Positions 1 through 8,719 of a DNA stretch of 16,803 nt are shown here, in pieces. This DNA comes from an uncultured delta proteobacterium. Its GTDB lineage: Bacteria; Myxococcota; Myxococcia; Myxococcales; Anaeromyxobacteraceae. A model generated the notes under the pieces. That model was given only the letters and a program-made list of their open reading frames with translations. It did no database searches and was not told the origin of the DNA. The translations under genes and the position numbers were made by a program. The stretch spans positions 1 to 16,803 of the forward strand of contig CAWJSR010000041.1 of the NCBI GenBank assembly GCA_963845515.1, written 5' to 3'. Numbering within the stretch: position 1 is the first letter of the stretch; every line of letters starts with the position of its first letter.

Positions 1-49
1 CATACACGTATTGCTGCCCGCGCAATCGCGCCACCCTACAAGTTGGGCC

Positions 50-1042
50 ATGGACGCAGCGACGATCACGGCCGGCGGGCGCCCCGCCTCCCCTTCCAGG
101 AGCCGGCGGCGCCAGCTCCGCGAGAAGGCCATCGAGGCCGCCATCACGATCGTGGCGCTGACCGGGATCGCCGCCGTCGCGCTCATCTTCGTCTTCGTCG
201 CGAAGGAGGCGCTGCCGCTCCTCCTCGACGCGGAGGTCCGCGCCGAGGCGAGCCCCTCGAAGATGTTCCTCCCCCAGGTGCTCCGGCAGGGGAAGCCCGC
301 CGGGTTCATGTGGCAGCCCGTCTCGACCATCCCGAAGGTCTCCATGATCCCGCTCTTCATCGGGACGCTGAAGGCCACGCTGGTCGCGATGCTGGCGGCG
401 GTGCCGCTGGGGATCGCCGCGGCGCTCTTCAGCGCCGAGTTCGCGCCGCGCCGCCTCCGCGAGGTGGTGAAGCCGGTCATCGAGCTCCTCGCCGGCATTC
501 CCTCGGTGGTCCTCGGCTTCTTCGCCCTGATGGTGATGGCGAGCGTGCTGCAGGCCGGCTTCGGCTTCGCCTCCCGGCTCAACGCGGTCGTCGCGGGGCT
601 CGCGCTCGCCGTCACCGTCGTCCCGGTCATCTTCACGGTCTCCGAGGACGCGCTCACCTCGGTCCCGCGCTCCTACCGGGAGGCGTCGCTCGCCCTCGGC
701 GCGACCCGCTGGGAGACGGCCTGGCGCGTGGTGCTCCCGGCCGCGGCCCCCGGGGTGCTCGCGGCGGTGGTGCTCGGCTTCGGCCGCGCCATCGGCGAGA
801 CGATGATCGTCCTGATGGCCTCGGGGAACGCGGCGATCAGCTCGCTGAGCCTCGGCGACTCGGTCCGGACGCTCTCGGCCACCATCGCGGCGGAGATGGG
901 CGAGGTGGTCTTCGGCGGCGCCCACTACTCGCTCCTCTTCTTCATCGGGGTCGAGCTCTTCCTCTTCACCTTCGTCCTGAACACCGCCGCAGGCGCCATC
1001 GTCCACCGGCTGGTCCGCCGGATGACCGCGAGCGACGCATGA
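50..1042 (+). CDS. pstC: Phosphate ABC transporter permease PstC
   Basis: ATG at 50 (MDAATIT...) within ORF 11..1042. Multiple TM segments and PstC motifs 'KPVIELLAGIPSVVLGFF', EAA loop 'REASLALGATRWET' and 'GRAIGETMIVLM'. First of the pstC/A/B/phoU cluster. Confidence 0.93.
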   Translation: MDAATITAGGRPASPSRSRRRQLREKAIEAAITIVALTGIAAVALIFVFVAKEALPLLLDAEVRAEASPSKMFLPQVLRQGKPAGFMWQPVSTIPKVSMIPLFIGTLKATLVAMLAAVPLGIAAALFSAEFAPRRLREVVKPVIELLAGIPSVVLGFFALMVMASVLQAGFGFASRLNAVVAGLALAVTVVPVIFTVSEDALTSVPRSYREASLALGATRWETAWRVVLPAAAPGVLAAVVLGFGRAIGETMIVLMASGNAAISSLSLGDSVRTLSATIAAEMGEVVFGGAHYSLLFFIGVELFLFTFVLNTAAGAIVHRLVRRMTASDA

Positions 1043-1953
1043 GCACGGCCCAGACCCGACGCCGCCTCGTGGGGACCGGGATGACCTGGGTCACGGGCCT
1101 CGCGACGCTGCTCGTGATCGCGATGCTCGCCGTCATCGTGCGTCGACGTGCTCAGGGGCGGGATCGGCCGGCTCTCCTGGGAGTTCCTCACCGCCGCCCC
1201 TACCGACGGGATGACTGCCGGCGGGATCTTCCCGGCCATCTACGGGACGGCGATCCTCACGGTCCTGATGACCGTCGCCGTCATGCCGGTCGGCGTGGCG
1301 ACCGCCGTCTACCTCCACGAGTACGCGCCGAAGGGCTCCCGCCTCGCGGCGCTCGTGCGGGTGGCGGTCACCAACCTCGCAGGCGTGCCGTCGATCGTCT
1401 TCGGCCTCTTCGGCCTCGGCTTCTTCGTCCAGTTCGTGGGGCGCGGCCTCGACAGGGTCGTCGGTGACGGTCAGCTCCGGTTCGGGCAGCCCGCCCTCGT
1501 CTGGGCGGCGCTGACGCTCGCGATCCTCACGCTGCCCGTCGTGATCGTCGCCACCGAGGAGGCGCTGCGCTCCGTCCCCAGCGAGTGGCGCGACGCGAGC
1601 CTCGCCCTCGGCGCGACCCGCTCGCAGACGCTGGCCCGCGTCGTCCTGCCCTGCGGCGCTGCCGGGCATCCTCACCGGCGCCATCCTCGCCGTGGCGCGG
1701 GGCGCGGGCGAGGTGGCGCCGATCCTCTTCACCGGCGTCGCCTACTACCTCCCCGACCTCCCCCACACGCCGTGGTCGCAGTTCATGCACCTCGGCTACC
1801 ACACCTACGTGCTGGCGACGCAGTCGCCGGACGTGGAGGCGGCGCGGCCGCTCCTCTACGCGACGGTCTTCGTCCTCCTCGCGCTCACCTTCGCTGCTCA
1901 ACGCCGTCGCCATCTTCATCCGCGCTCGCACGCGCCGTCGCGCGATCGCCTGA
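1039..1953 (+). CDS. pstA: Phosphate ABC transporter permease PstA, split over four frame segments by three +1 insertions (~1141, ~1652, ~1893)
   Basis: ATG 1039 overlaps the pstC stop (ATGA). Segments: MSTAQTRRRLVG..AVIV | VDVLRGGIGRLSWEFLT..GGIFPAIYGT..NLAGVPSIVFGLFG..ASLALGATRSQT..VVLP | AALPGILTGAILAVARGAGEVAPILFTG..LALTF | LLNAVAIFIRARTRRRAIA*. Removing one base at each junction gives one ~303-aa PstA with no internal stop. Confidence 0.88.
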
Positions 1954-1963
1954 GGACAGGCTC

Positions 1964-2835
1964 ATGCTCGCAGCAGACGCTTTCACGTTCCGCGCCCTCT
2001 CCCGCAGCCGACGCCGCCGAAGCAGGGGCGGGCGCGCGCGTCGTCGCCGCCGGCATCCCGGCGCAGGCTGGCGGCCTGGCCGCCGACAAGCTGGAGGTCC
2101 GCGACCTCGTCGTCAGCTACGGCGAGAAGGTGGCGGTGAACCGCGTATCCCTCCGGCTCCCGCGAGCGCCGCGTCATGGCGCTGATCGGCCCCTCCGGCT
2201 GCGGCAAGTCCACCTTCCTCCGGGCCCTGAACCGGATGAACGACCTCATCCCGGGCTCGCACGCGACCGGGACGATCCTGCTGGACGGCGAAGACGTCCT
2301 TGGCGGCGCGATCGATCCGGTGGACCTGCGCCGCCGCGTCGGCATGGTCTTCCAGCGCTCCAACCCGTTCCCCAAGTCGATCTTCGAGAACGTGGCCTAC
2401 GGCCTCCGCGTCGGCGGCATGAAGGACAGGGCTGAGCTCGCCGAGCGGGTCGAGCGCTCGCTCCATGGCGCGGCGCTCTGGGACGAGGTGAAGGACCGGC
2501 TGCAGGAGAGCGCCCTCGGCCTCTCCGGCGGCCAGCAGCAGCGGCTCTGCATCGCCCGCGCGCTCGCCGTCGAGCCGGAGGTCCTGCTGATGGACGAGCC
2601 CGCGAGCGCCCTCGACCCGATCGCCACGGCGCGGATCGAGGATCTCATCCACGAGCTGCGCGCGCAGTACACCATCGTCATCGTGACCCACAACATGCAG
2701 CAGGCGGCCCGGGTCTCGGACGACACCGCCTTCTTCTACATGGGCGAGCTGATCGAGGTGGGGCCGACGGAGAAGATCTTCACGAACCCCTCGGAGCAGC
2801 GGACCGAGGACTACGTCACCGGAAAGTTCGGGTAG
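1964..2835 (+). CDS. pstB: Phosphate ABC transporter ATP-binding subunit PstB (5' end frameshifted; intact from 2164)
   Basis: Walker [10 protein letters not shown], '[19 protein letters not shown]', signature LSGGQQQR, Walker B LLMDEP and C-terminal '[10 protein letters not shown]'. The N-terminal strands '[25 protein letters not shown]' lie in another frame (extra base ~2163). The start is inferred at ATG 1964 after GAGGA (1952-1956), which needs one further +1 shift. Confidence 0.88.
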
Positions 2836-2836
2836 A

Positions 2837-3544
2837 GTGGGCGCCGTGACGGCCAAGAACGAAGCGTCCAGGGCGCACACCGACAAGGCCTACGAGGCCG
2901 AGCTGACGTCGCTCCGCGAGCGGCTGCTGGAGATGGGCGGCCTCGTGGAGCACGCCATCGGCGCCGCCACGCGCGCGGTCGTGGAGCGCGACACCTCCCT
3001 CGCCGAGCAGGTGAAGGCCCGCGACAAGCAGGTGAACCGGATCGAGGTGGAGATCGACGCGGCCTGCCGCCGGATCCTCGCGCTGCGCCAGCCGGCAGCG
3101 AGCGACCTCCGCTTCATCACCACCTCGCTCAAGATCGTCACCGACCTGGAGCGGATGGGCGACCTGGCGGTCAACGTGGCGGAGCGGGCGCTCGCCCTCA
3201 CGCAGGCGCCGCCGCTGGCGCCCCTCCACGACCTCTCCCGCCTCGCCGAGATGGCTGAGGCCCAGCTCCGGCTGGCGCTGGAGGCCTTCGTCACGCGCGA
3301 CGTCCAGAAGGCCGAGAAGGTGATCGCCGACGACGACCACCTCGACACGCTCTACCACAAGATGTTCAACGACCTGGTCGTGATCATGATGGAGGACGCG
3401 CGCAACATCCGGCGCGCGACCGCGCTCATGTTCACCGCGAAGCACCTGGAGCGGTTCGGCGACCACGCCACCAACCTGGCCGAGATGGTCGTCTTCATGG
3501 TCCGCGGCACCGACGTCCGTCACCCGAACAGCCGCGAGGGGTGA
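2837..3544 (+). CDS. phoU: Phosphate signalling complex protein PhoU
   Basis: PhoU motifs 'LALRQPAASDLRFI', 'DLERMGDLAVNVAE' and 'LERFGDHATNLAEMV'. Directly follows pstB. The start may be GTG 2837 or GTG 2846. Confidence 0.95.
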   Translation: MGAVTAKNEASRAHTDKAYEAELTSLRERLLEMGGLVEHAIGAATRAVVERDTSLAEQVKARDKQVNRIEVEIDAACRRILALRQPAASDLRFITTSLKIVTDLERMGDLAVNVAERALALTQAPPLAPLHDLSRLAEMAEAQLRLALEAFVTRDVQKAEKVIADDDHLDTLYHKMFNDLVVIMMEDARNIRRATALMFTAKHLERFGDHATNLAEMVVFMVRGTDVRHPNSREG

Positions 3545-3565
3545 GCCCCTCCCCCGCTCACGTGA

Positions 3566-3738
3566 CCACCCCCTCTCCCACACCGGGGGAGAGTCCTCGC
3601 TCACGAGACCAGCCCCTTCCTCGGCCGGGGTAGAGTCCGCGCGTACGTGCTCATCCCCCTCTCCCCCACCGGGGAGAGCCTCTTCACGAATGGAATCATC
3701 CCCTCTCCCCCACCGGGGTGAGGGCAGGGTGAGGGGGC
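3566..3738. repeat. Tandem array of four degenerate ~43-45-bp REP/BoxC-like palindromic units
   Basis: Units start at ~3566, 3609, 3651 and 3696. Hairpin cores: ctctccc-acaccgg-gggagag (3573-3593), ctctcccc-cacc-ggggagag (3659-3678) and ccctctcccc-cacc-ggggtgaggg (3701-3724), the last followed by the tail cagggtgagggggc. The second unit is degenerate. Lies between convergent phoU and sbcC stops. Confidence 0.8.
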
Positions 3739-3740
3739 TC

Positions 3741-6482
3741 CTAGGCTCCCCGCACGGTCACGCTGGAGCCCGACGGGGTTCGCGTCACCTCGATCCGTGC
3801 CGGGATCCTGCGGCGCAGCTCGGCGACGTGGGAGATGACCCCCACCAGCCGCCCCTCGCCGCCGAGCGCCTCCAGCACGCGTATGGCCTGGTCGAGCGTC
3901 TCGTCGTCCAGCGAGCCGAACCCCTCGTCCACGAACAGCGCGTCGAGCCGCCGGCCGCCGGTGCGGCGGAGCACCACGTCGGAGAGGCCGAGCGCGAGCG
4001 AGAGGCTGGCGAGGAAGGTCTCGCCGCCGGAGAGCGCGGCGACGGGCCTGTCGGCGACGCCCGTCCAGGCGTCCTCGACCACCAGCCCCAGCCCCGCCGC
4101 CGAGCCCTTCCGCTCCATCGCCACGTCGTGTCGCAGCCGGAAGCGCCCCGCGGACATGAGGTGAAGACGGCGGCTCGCCGCCTCGGCCACCTCCTCCAGC
4201 CGCGCCGCGAGGACGAACCGCTGGAGCGACATGCCGAGCGGGTTCTTGCCGCGGGTCAGCTCCGCCACGCGCCCCACGACGGCCAGCTCCCCGTCCACCG
4301 CCGCCGCGTCGGCGGCGAGCGCGCCCAGCCGCTCCTGCGTCGTGACCAGCGCCTGCAGCGCCGCCTCGGCGCGGGCCTTCGCCTCTGCGGCGTCGGTCGC
4401 TGCCCGCGCGGCCGCCGTCTGCGTCGCGCGCGCTCCATCGAGGTCGGGGCGCTGCCTCCCCTCCAGCTCCGCCGCGAGCGAGCCATCCTGGGCGCGCGCG
4501 GCGCCGAGCTCGTCCTTGCGGCGCTGGACGGACGCCGCCAGGACGGTCCGGTCGGGCGGCGCGATCAGCGCCGCCTCGCACGCCGCGGCGTCGGCGAAGC
4601 CCGCCTCGGACGCTGCCAGCGCCGCGTCGGCCAGCGCGGTCGCCTCCGTCTGCACCGCCCGCGCGAGCTCCGCTGCCGCTCCCGCGGCCCCGGCCTCCGC
4701 CGCCCGGAGCGTTGCCTCGGCCTCCGCGTCCGCTGCGCCGGCCGCCGCGATCCTCGCGTCGAGCGCGGACCGCGCCGCTGCGATCGCGGCCGCGCCCTTC
4801 ACCGCTCCCTGCTCGAGCGCCACCAGCCGGGCGGCCGCCGCGCGCGAGCCGTCCCGCGCCTCCGTGGCCGCCGTGCGGTCGGCCTCCAGGATCGCCACCG
4901 GACGCGCCTCGCGCGTCCGCGCCGCCTCGGCCGTCACGGCCGCCGCATCGAGCCGCTGCGCGGCGAGGTCGCGCTCGAGGACGGCCGCCGCGGTGTCCGC
5001 GTCCGCAGCGCGCGCCGCCTCCTCGGCGGCCTCGATCTCCTCGCGCTCGGGGGCCCGGCGCGCGGGGCTGGCCGGGGCGGGGTGCTCGGTGGAGCCGCAC
5101 ACGGGGCAGGGCTTGCCCGACTCCAGCCGCCGCTGCGCGAGCCAGCCGGTGATCCCCTGCTCGCGCTCCTGGCCGAGCCGCCTGGCCTCGCGCCGGGCCG
5201 CCTCGGCCGCGCCGGTCGCGGCGGCGACGCGCCGCGACGCTCGCTCCAGCGTCGAGCGCTGCTTCGCGCCCTCAGCCTCGGCGGCGTCGCGCTCCCGCGC
5301 GGCGAGCAGGGCCGCCTCGACGGAGGCGAGGGTCTCCGCGCGCGCGCCAGCCTCCGCCGCGACGGGGCGCAGGCTCGACAGCTCCGCGTCGATGCGCGCG
5401 AGCCCGGCCTCGGCCTCCTCGACCGGCTTGCGAGCGGCGACGTCCCGCGCGGCCGCCAGGGCGGAGGCTGCCGCGGTTCGCGACGTGCGCACGGCCGCGA
5501 GCGCCTGCCGGCCGCGTTCGTCGGCTCGCGTCCGGGCCACCCGCTCCTCGGCCGCGCGCCTGGCGGCGAGCAGCCGATCGCGCACCCGCTCCGCGTCGGC
5601 CCCGCGCGCGAGCCGCGCCTCGTCCTCGCGGAGGCGCGGCGCATCCGCCTCCAGCCTCGCGATCGCCGCCCGCGCCGCGTCCAGGTCGCGGAAGCGCTCG
5701 GCGAGCACGTTCACCTCGTTGAAGCGCTCGGCGGCCCGGGCGGCCACCTCCGCCTTCGCGGCGGCGTCGGCCGCAGCGGCGGCGAGCCCGGCCTCCGCCT
5801 CGCTCCTGGCCGCGGAGAGCGCTTCGGCCGTGCGGCCCCCGAGCGCCTCCTCGCTCCGCGTGCGGAGCTCCTTCGCCCGCCGCTCCAGGTCGACCTTCAT
5901 GTCGACGAGCCGCCGCTCGATGGCTCCGTACGTCTCGGTCCCGAAGAGCCGCTGCAGGAGCGCTTCGCGCTCCTCCGCCCCGGCGACGAGCAGGTTCTTG
6001 AACTCGCCCTGGGGCAGGAGCGCCACCTGCGTGAACTGCGCGGCCGCCATGCCGAGGAGCCGCTCGACCGCCTCGTTCACCTCGGTTGGCCTGGCCGCGA
6101 CCACCGACCCGGCGCCTCCGGCGTCCTCGCGGACGAGGGAGGCGGTCTGCCCCTCGCGCACGGTCCCGGTCCCCCTCTTCTTCGGCCGATCCCAGGCGGC
6201 GGTCCGCTCGGCACGGTAGACCGCCGTCCCCAGTGAGAAGCGGAAGCGCACCAGGGCCGGCCGGCCCTCGGGCGCGCGATTGGCGCGCAGCCGGTCCTCG
6301 GGGCGCGTCCCCGGGACGACGCCGTAGAGCGCGAAGACCATCGCGTCGAAGATGGTGGTCTTGCCGGCGCCGGTGGGGCCGTGGACGAGGAAGAGGTCGC
6401 CGCCGCCGAGCGCGCCGAAGTCGATCTCCTGCGGGCTCGCGAACGGGCCGAAGGCCTCCAGCGAGAGCGTCAGCGGCCTCAC
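3741..6482 (-). CDS. sbcC: SbcC / Rad50-like SMC ATPase, nuclease SbcCD subunit C (913 aa)
   Basis: N-terminal 'MRPLTLSLEAFGPFA..IDF', Walker A GPTGAGKTT, 'LLPQGEF', central zinc hook CPVCGSTEHP, signature LSGGE, Walker B LFVDEGFGSLD and 'VGVISHV', with Ala/Glu/Arg coiled coils. The GTG start overlaps the sbcD stop. Confidence 0.95.
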   Translation of the reverse strand: MRPLTLSLEAFGPFASPQEIDFGALGGGDLFLVHGPTGAGKTTIFDAMVFALYGVVPGTRPEDRLRANRAPEGRPALVRFRFSLGTAVYRAERTAAWDRPKKRGTGTVREGQTASLVREDAGGAGSVVAARPTEVNEAVERLLGMAAAQFTQVALLPQGEFKNLLVAGAEEREALLQRLFGTETYGAIERRLVDMKVDLERRAKELRTRSEEALGGRTAEALSAARSEAEAGLAAAAADAAAKAEVAARAAERFNEVNVLAERFRDLDAARAAIARLEADAPRLREDEARLARGADAERVRDRLLAARRAAEERVARTRADERGRQALAAVRTSRTAAASALAAARDVAARKPVEEAEAGLARIDAELSSLRPVAAEAGARAETLASVEAALLAARERDAAEAEGAKQRSTLERASRRVAAATGAAEAARREARRLGQEREQGITGWLAQRRLESGKPCPVCGSTEHPAPASPARRAPEREEIEAAEEAARAADADTAAAVLERDLAAQRLDAAAVTAEAARTREARPVAILEADRTAATEARDGSRAAAARLVALEQGAVKGAAAIAAARSALDARIAAAGAADAEAEATLRAAEAGAAGAAAELARAVQTEATALADAALAASEAGFADAAACEAALIAPPDRTVLAASVQRRKDELGAARAQDGSLAAELEGRQRPDLDGARATQTAAARAATDAAEAKARAEAALQALVTTQERLGALAADAAAVDGELAVVGRVAELTRGKNPLGMSLQRFVLAARLEEVAEAASRRLHLMSAGRFRLRHDVAMERKGSAAGLGLVVEDAWTGVADRPVAALSGGETFLASLSLALGLSDVVLRRTGGRRLDALFVDEGFGSLDDETLDQAIRVLEALGGEGRLVGVISHVAELRRRIPARIEVTRTPSGSSVTVRGA

Positions 6483-7624
6483 TCCCTGGACTCCGCGCGG
6501 CGGGTCGCCTCGAGGGCCGCGTCGAAGACGGCCTGCTCGGGGCCGGTGGGGGGGGCGCCGGCGACCTTCTCCAGGAACGCCTCGAAGAGCCGCCGGTCGT
6601 CGCTCCCCGCCCCCTCGACGCAGGTGGCGAACTCGCCGGCGGGTCCGGCCGCGATCGCCTCGCGCACGACGCTGAGGACGTGCCGGAAGCGGCGCTCCAG
6701 CTTCCGCTTCGCGTCGAAGACGTAGCCCGGGTCGAGCAGCGTCGCCTCGACGAGGGCCTGCTCGTGCGCCTTCAGCTCCGGCCGCGCCAGCAGCTCGTCG
6801 AGCGTGCCGCGCAGCCGGACGACGTCGCGCCGCTGGCCGAGCGGGACCTCCTCGACGCGCAGCGCTCCCTTCTCCACCTCGAGCCGGAGCACCCCCTTCC
6901 TGTGGGGCGCCTCGTCGAAGGAGTACTTGAGGAGCGAGCCGGAGTAGCGCAGCAGCTCGGCGGGCGCCTGCTGCTCGTGGAGGTGGCCGAGCGCCACGCA
7001 GTCGAAGCCGGCGAAGGTCTCGACCGGCACGCTCCCGGCCGAGCCGACGCTCAGGGGGCGCTCGCTGTCGGGCGTCTCCGTGCAGCCCTGCACGAAGGCG
7101 TGGGCGACGAGGACGGTGGGGAGCGAGCGGGTCGCGGCGTCCGCGCGGACGCGGGAGAGCACGCGCTCGGTCGCGGCCGCGTGTCCCCTGAGCCCCTCGT
7201 CCTGCTCTGCGACGCGGACCTCCTCCGGCTCCACGAACGGGAGCGCGTAGATGAACCCCTTGCCGGGGAGCTCGATCGGTCGCGCCTCCTGCCCGAGCGC
7301 ACCGCGCAGGTGGACGCCGCGGGAGGCGAGCAGCCGGGCCGCGAAGGAGAGCCGCTCGCCGGAGTCGTGGTTGCCGGCGACGGCGACGACGGGGACGTTC
7401 AGCTCCGCCACCCTGAAGAGGAAGTCGTCGAGCAGCGTCACCGCCTCCGGAGGCGGGACGGCGCGATCGTAGACGTCACCGGCGACGACGAGCGCGTCCG
7501 GCCGATCGTCCTTCAGGAGCGCGAAGAGCTGGTCGAGCGCCCACGCCTGGTCGGCGAGGAGCGGCTCCTCGTGAAGCGAACGGCCGAGGTGCCAGTCGGA
7601 GGTGTGGAGGATGCGCAGGGACAA
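6479..7624 (-). CDS. sbcD: SbcD / Mre11-like metallophosphoesterase nuclease subunit (381 aa)
   Basis: Motifs LHTSDWHLG, AGDVYD, AGNHDS, AHAF, ALGHLH and RYSGSLLKYSFDE. TTG start. Coupled to sbcC. Confidence 0.95.
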   Translation of the reverse strand: MSLRILHTSDWHLGRSLHEEPLLADQAWALDQLFALLKDDRPDALVVAGDVYDRAVPPPEAVTLLDDFLFRVAELNVPVVAVAGNHDSGERLSFAARLLASRGVHLRGALGQEARPIELPGKGFIYALPFVEPEEVRVAEQDEGLRGHAAATERVLSRVRADAATRSLPTVLVAHAFVQGCTETPDSERPLSVGSAGSVPVETFAGFDCVALGHLHEQQAPAELLRYSGSLLKYSFDEAPHRKGVLRLEVEKGALRVEEVPLGQRRDVVRLRGTLDELLARPELKAHEQALVEATLLDPGYVFDAKRKLERRFRHVLSVVREAIAAGPAGEFATCVEGAGSDDRRLFEAFLEKVAGAPPTGPEQAVFDAALEATRRAESRE

Positions 7625-7681
7625 GGAGCCCCTAGAGTACTCGGGGGTCGGACACTCGGCGGCGCAGGTCCCGCGGAGGGG

Positions 7682-8719
7682 TCAGTCCCTGCTCGTCCCG
7701 CCGCAGCCGGAGTCGAAGATCTCGCGTCCGAGGGAGGCCGTGACAGCGGTCGCAGGGAGTGGCAGCCCCATGACGGTCACCGGCGCGGCGCGCTTCCGAT
7801 CCGTCCCGTCTCCGAGCTGGCCAGCCCAGTTCTCTCCCCAGCACTCGACGCCGCCCGACGAGAGGAGCGCGCACGCGAAGTCGTCGCCGACGGCGACCGC
7901 CGCCGCCCCGGTGGAATACGGGGCGGGGGAGTCGGAGTCAGTGGACGCGCCCAGGGCGTCGCCCCAGCACCAGACTCCCCCGTCCTCGAGGAGCGCACAC
8001 AGCTCGTCCCGGCCGCCTGCGACCGCTACGGCGGGGCCGGGCAGCGCGTCGGTGCAGGTCACGCTTCCGTCCGTGAGCGCCGCACAGGGTGACGCATACC
8101 AGGTCGGCGCGACGGAGACCGCCGACGTGAACGGGGCGTCCCAGGCCACGCCATCCCAACGCCAGCATCGGACCTCCCCCGTCGTCAGGATGGCGCACCC
8201 GTAGTCACTGACCGTGACGTCTACGGCGGCCGCCAGCAGCCCCGTGACTGCCTTCGGGGTCCGAGCCGCATCCCCCATCGTGCCCCAGCAGAGGACCTCA
8301 CCGGTCTCCAGCACGGCGCAAGCAGAGTCCCGCCCGGCGGCCGTCGCACGCACCCCGGACAGCCCCGGGACCGGCGCCGGTGTCGCGCGGTCAGCCGTCG
8401 AGCCGTCTCCAAGCTGCCCCTCGTCGTTCTGGCCCCAGCAGTAGACGAGGCCGTCCAGGGTCGAGGCGCAGGTGAACCCGAGCCCCGCCCCCACCGAGCT
8501 CGCAGGGGGCAGCCCCGCGACGGCGACCGGCCTGGCGCGATCGTACACCGTGCCGTCGCCCAGCTCGCCGTGGCTGTTGTCGCCCCAGCACCAGACCGAT
8601 CCGTCGTCGAGGAGGGCGCAGGTGTGCGCCGCGACGCCGTCCGGGAGCTCCGGAGGGCATCCCGCGACGAAGGAGAGAAGGACGAGCCACGGGATCGAAG
8701 TCGGACGGCGGCAGGTCAT
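7682..8719 (-). CDS. RCC1/BLIP-II repeat beta-propeller lipoprotein (345 aa)
   Basis: ATG 8719 overlaps the upstream stop (TGATG). Signal peptide with lipobox VAG-C. Repeated 'CA-x(4)-G-x-V-x-CWG-x-N-xx-G[EQ]LGDG' units, e.g. HTCALLDDGSVWCWGDNSHGELGDG and FACALLSSGGVECWGENWAGQLGDG. Confidence 0.88.
   Translation of the reverse strand: MTCRRPTSIPWLVLLSFVAGCPPELPDGVAAHTCALLDDGSVWCWGDNSHGELGDGTVYDRARPVAVAGLPPASSVGAGLGFTCASTLDGLVYCWGQNDEGQLGDGSTADRATPAPVPGLSGVRATAAGRDSACAVLETGEVLCWGTMGDAARTPKAVTGLLAAAVDVTVSDYGCAILTTGEVRCWRWDGVAWDAPFTSAVSVAPTWYASPCAALTDGSVTCTDALPGPAVAVAGGRDELCALLEDGGVWCWGDALGASTDSDSPAPYSTGAAAVAVGDDFACALLSSGGVECWGENWAGQLGDGTDRKRAAPVTVMGLPLPATAVTASLGREIFDSGCGGTSRD

Noticed and set aside
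1..49. Pho box or operator upstream of pstC (inverted repeat attgc-N7-gcaat at 10-26)
   Set aside because: No CTGTCAT-like 11-bp direct repeats are visible. The 5-bp inverted repeat is too short to support, and the region is cut by the window edge.
1141..2163. Programmed ribosomal frameshifting or phase variation in pstA/pstB
   Set aside because: No slippery heptamers or simple-sequence tracts at the junctions, and several successive shifts would be required.
3566..3738. Possible mini CRISPR array (regularly spaced palindromic repeats)
   Set aside because: Repeats are degenerate, the linkers are short and similar to one another, there is no leader or cas gene, and the same motif recurs inside pomX. 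This fits a REP-like repeat.
3690..6236. Long + strand ORFs (848 aa, 662 aa) antisense to sbcC
   Set aside because: Shadow ORFs caused by stop-codon scarcity in high-GC DNA. They are Arg/Gly- or Ser/Ala-rich with no motifs and lie opposite a well-supported gene.
3741..7624. SMC-like ATPase plus nuclease as an anti-phage or anti-plasmid defence system (e.g. Wadjet, Lamassu)
   Set aside because: Canonical SbcD motifs, the Rad50-type zinc hook and sbcD-sbcC order indicate the housekeeping repair nuclease. No kleisin, KITE or effector genes are present.
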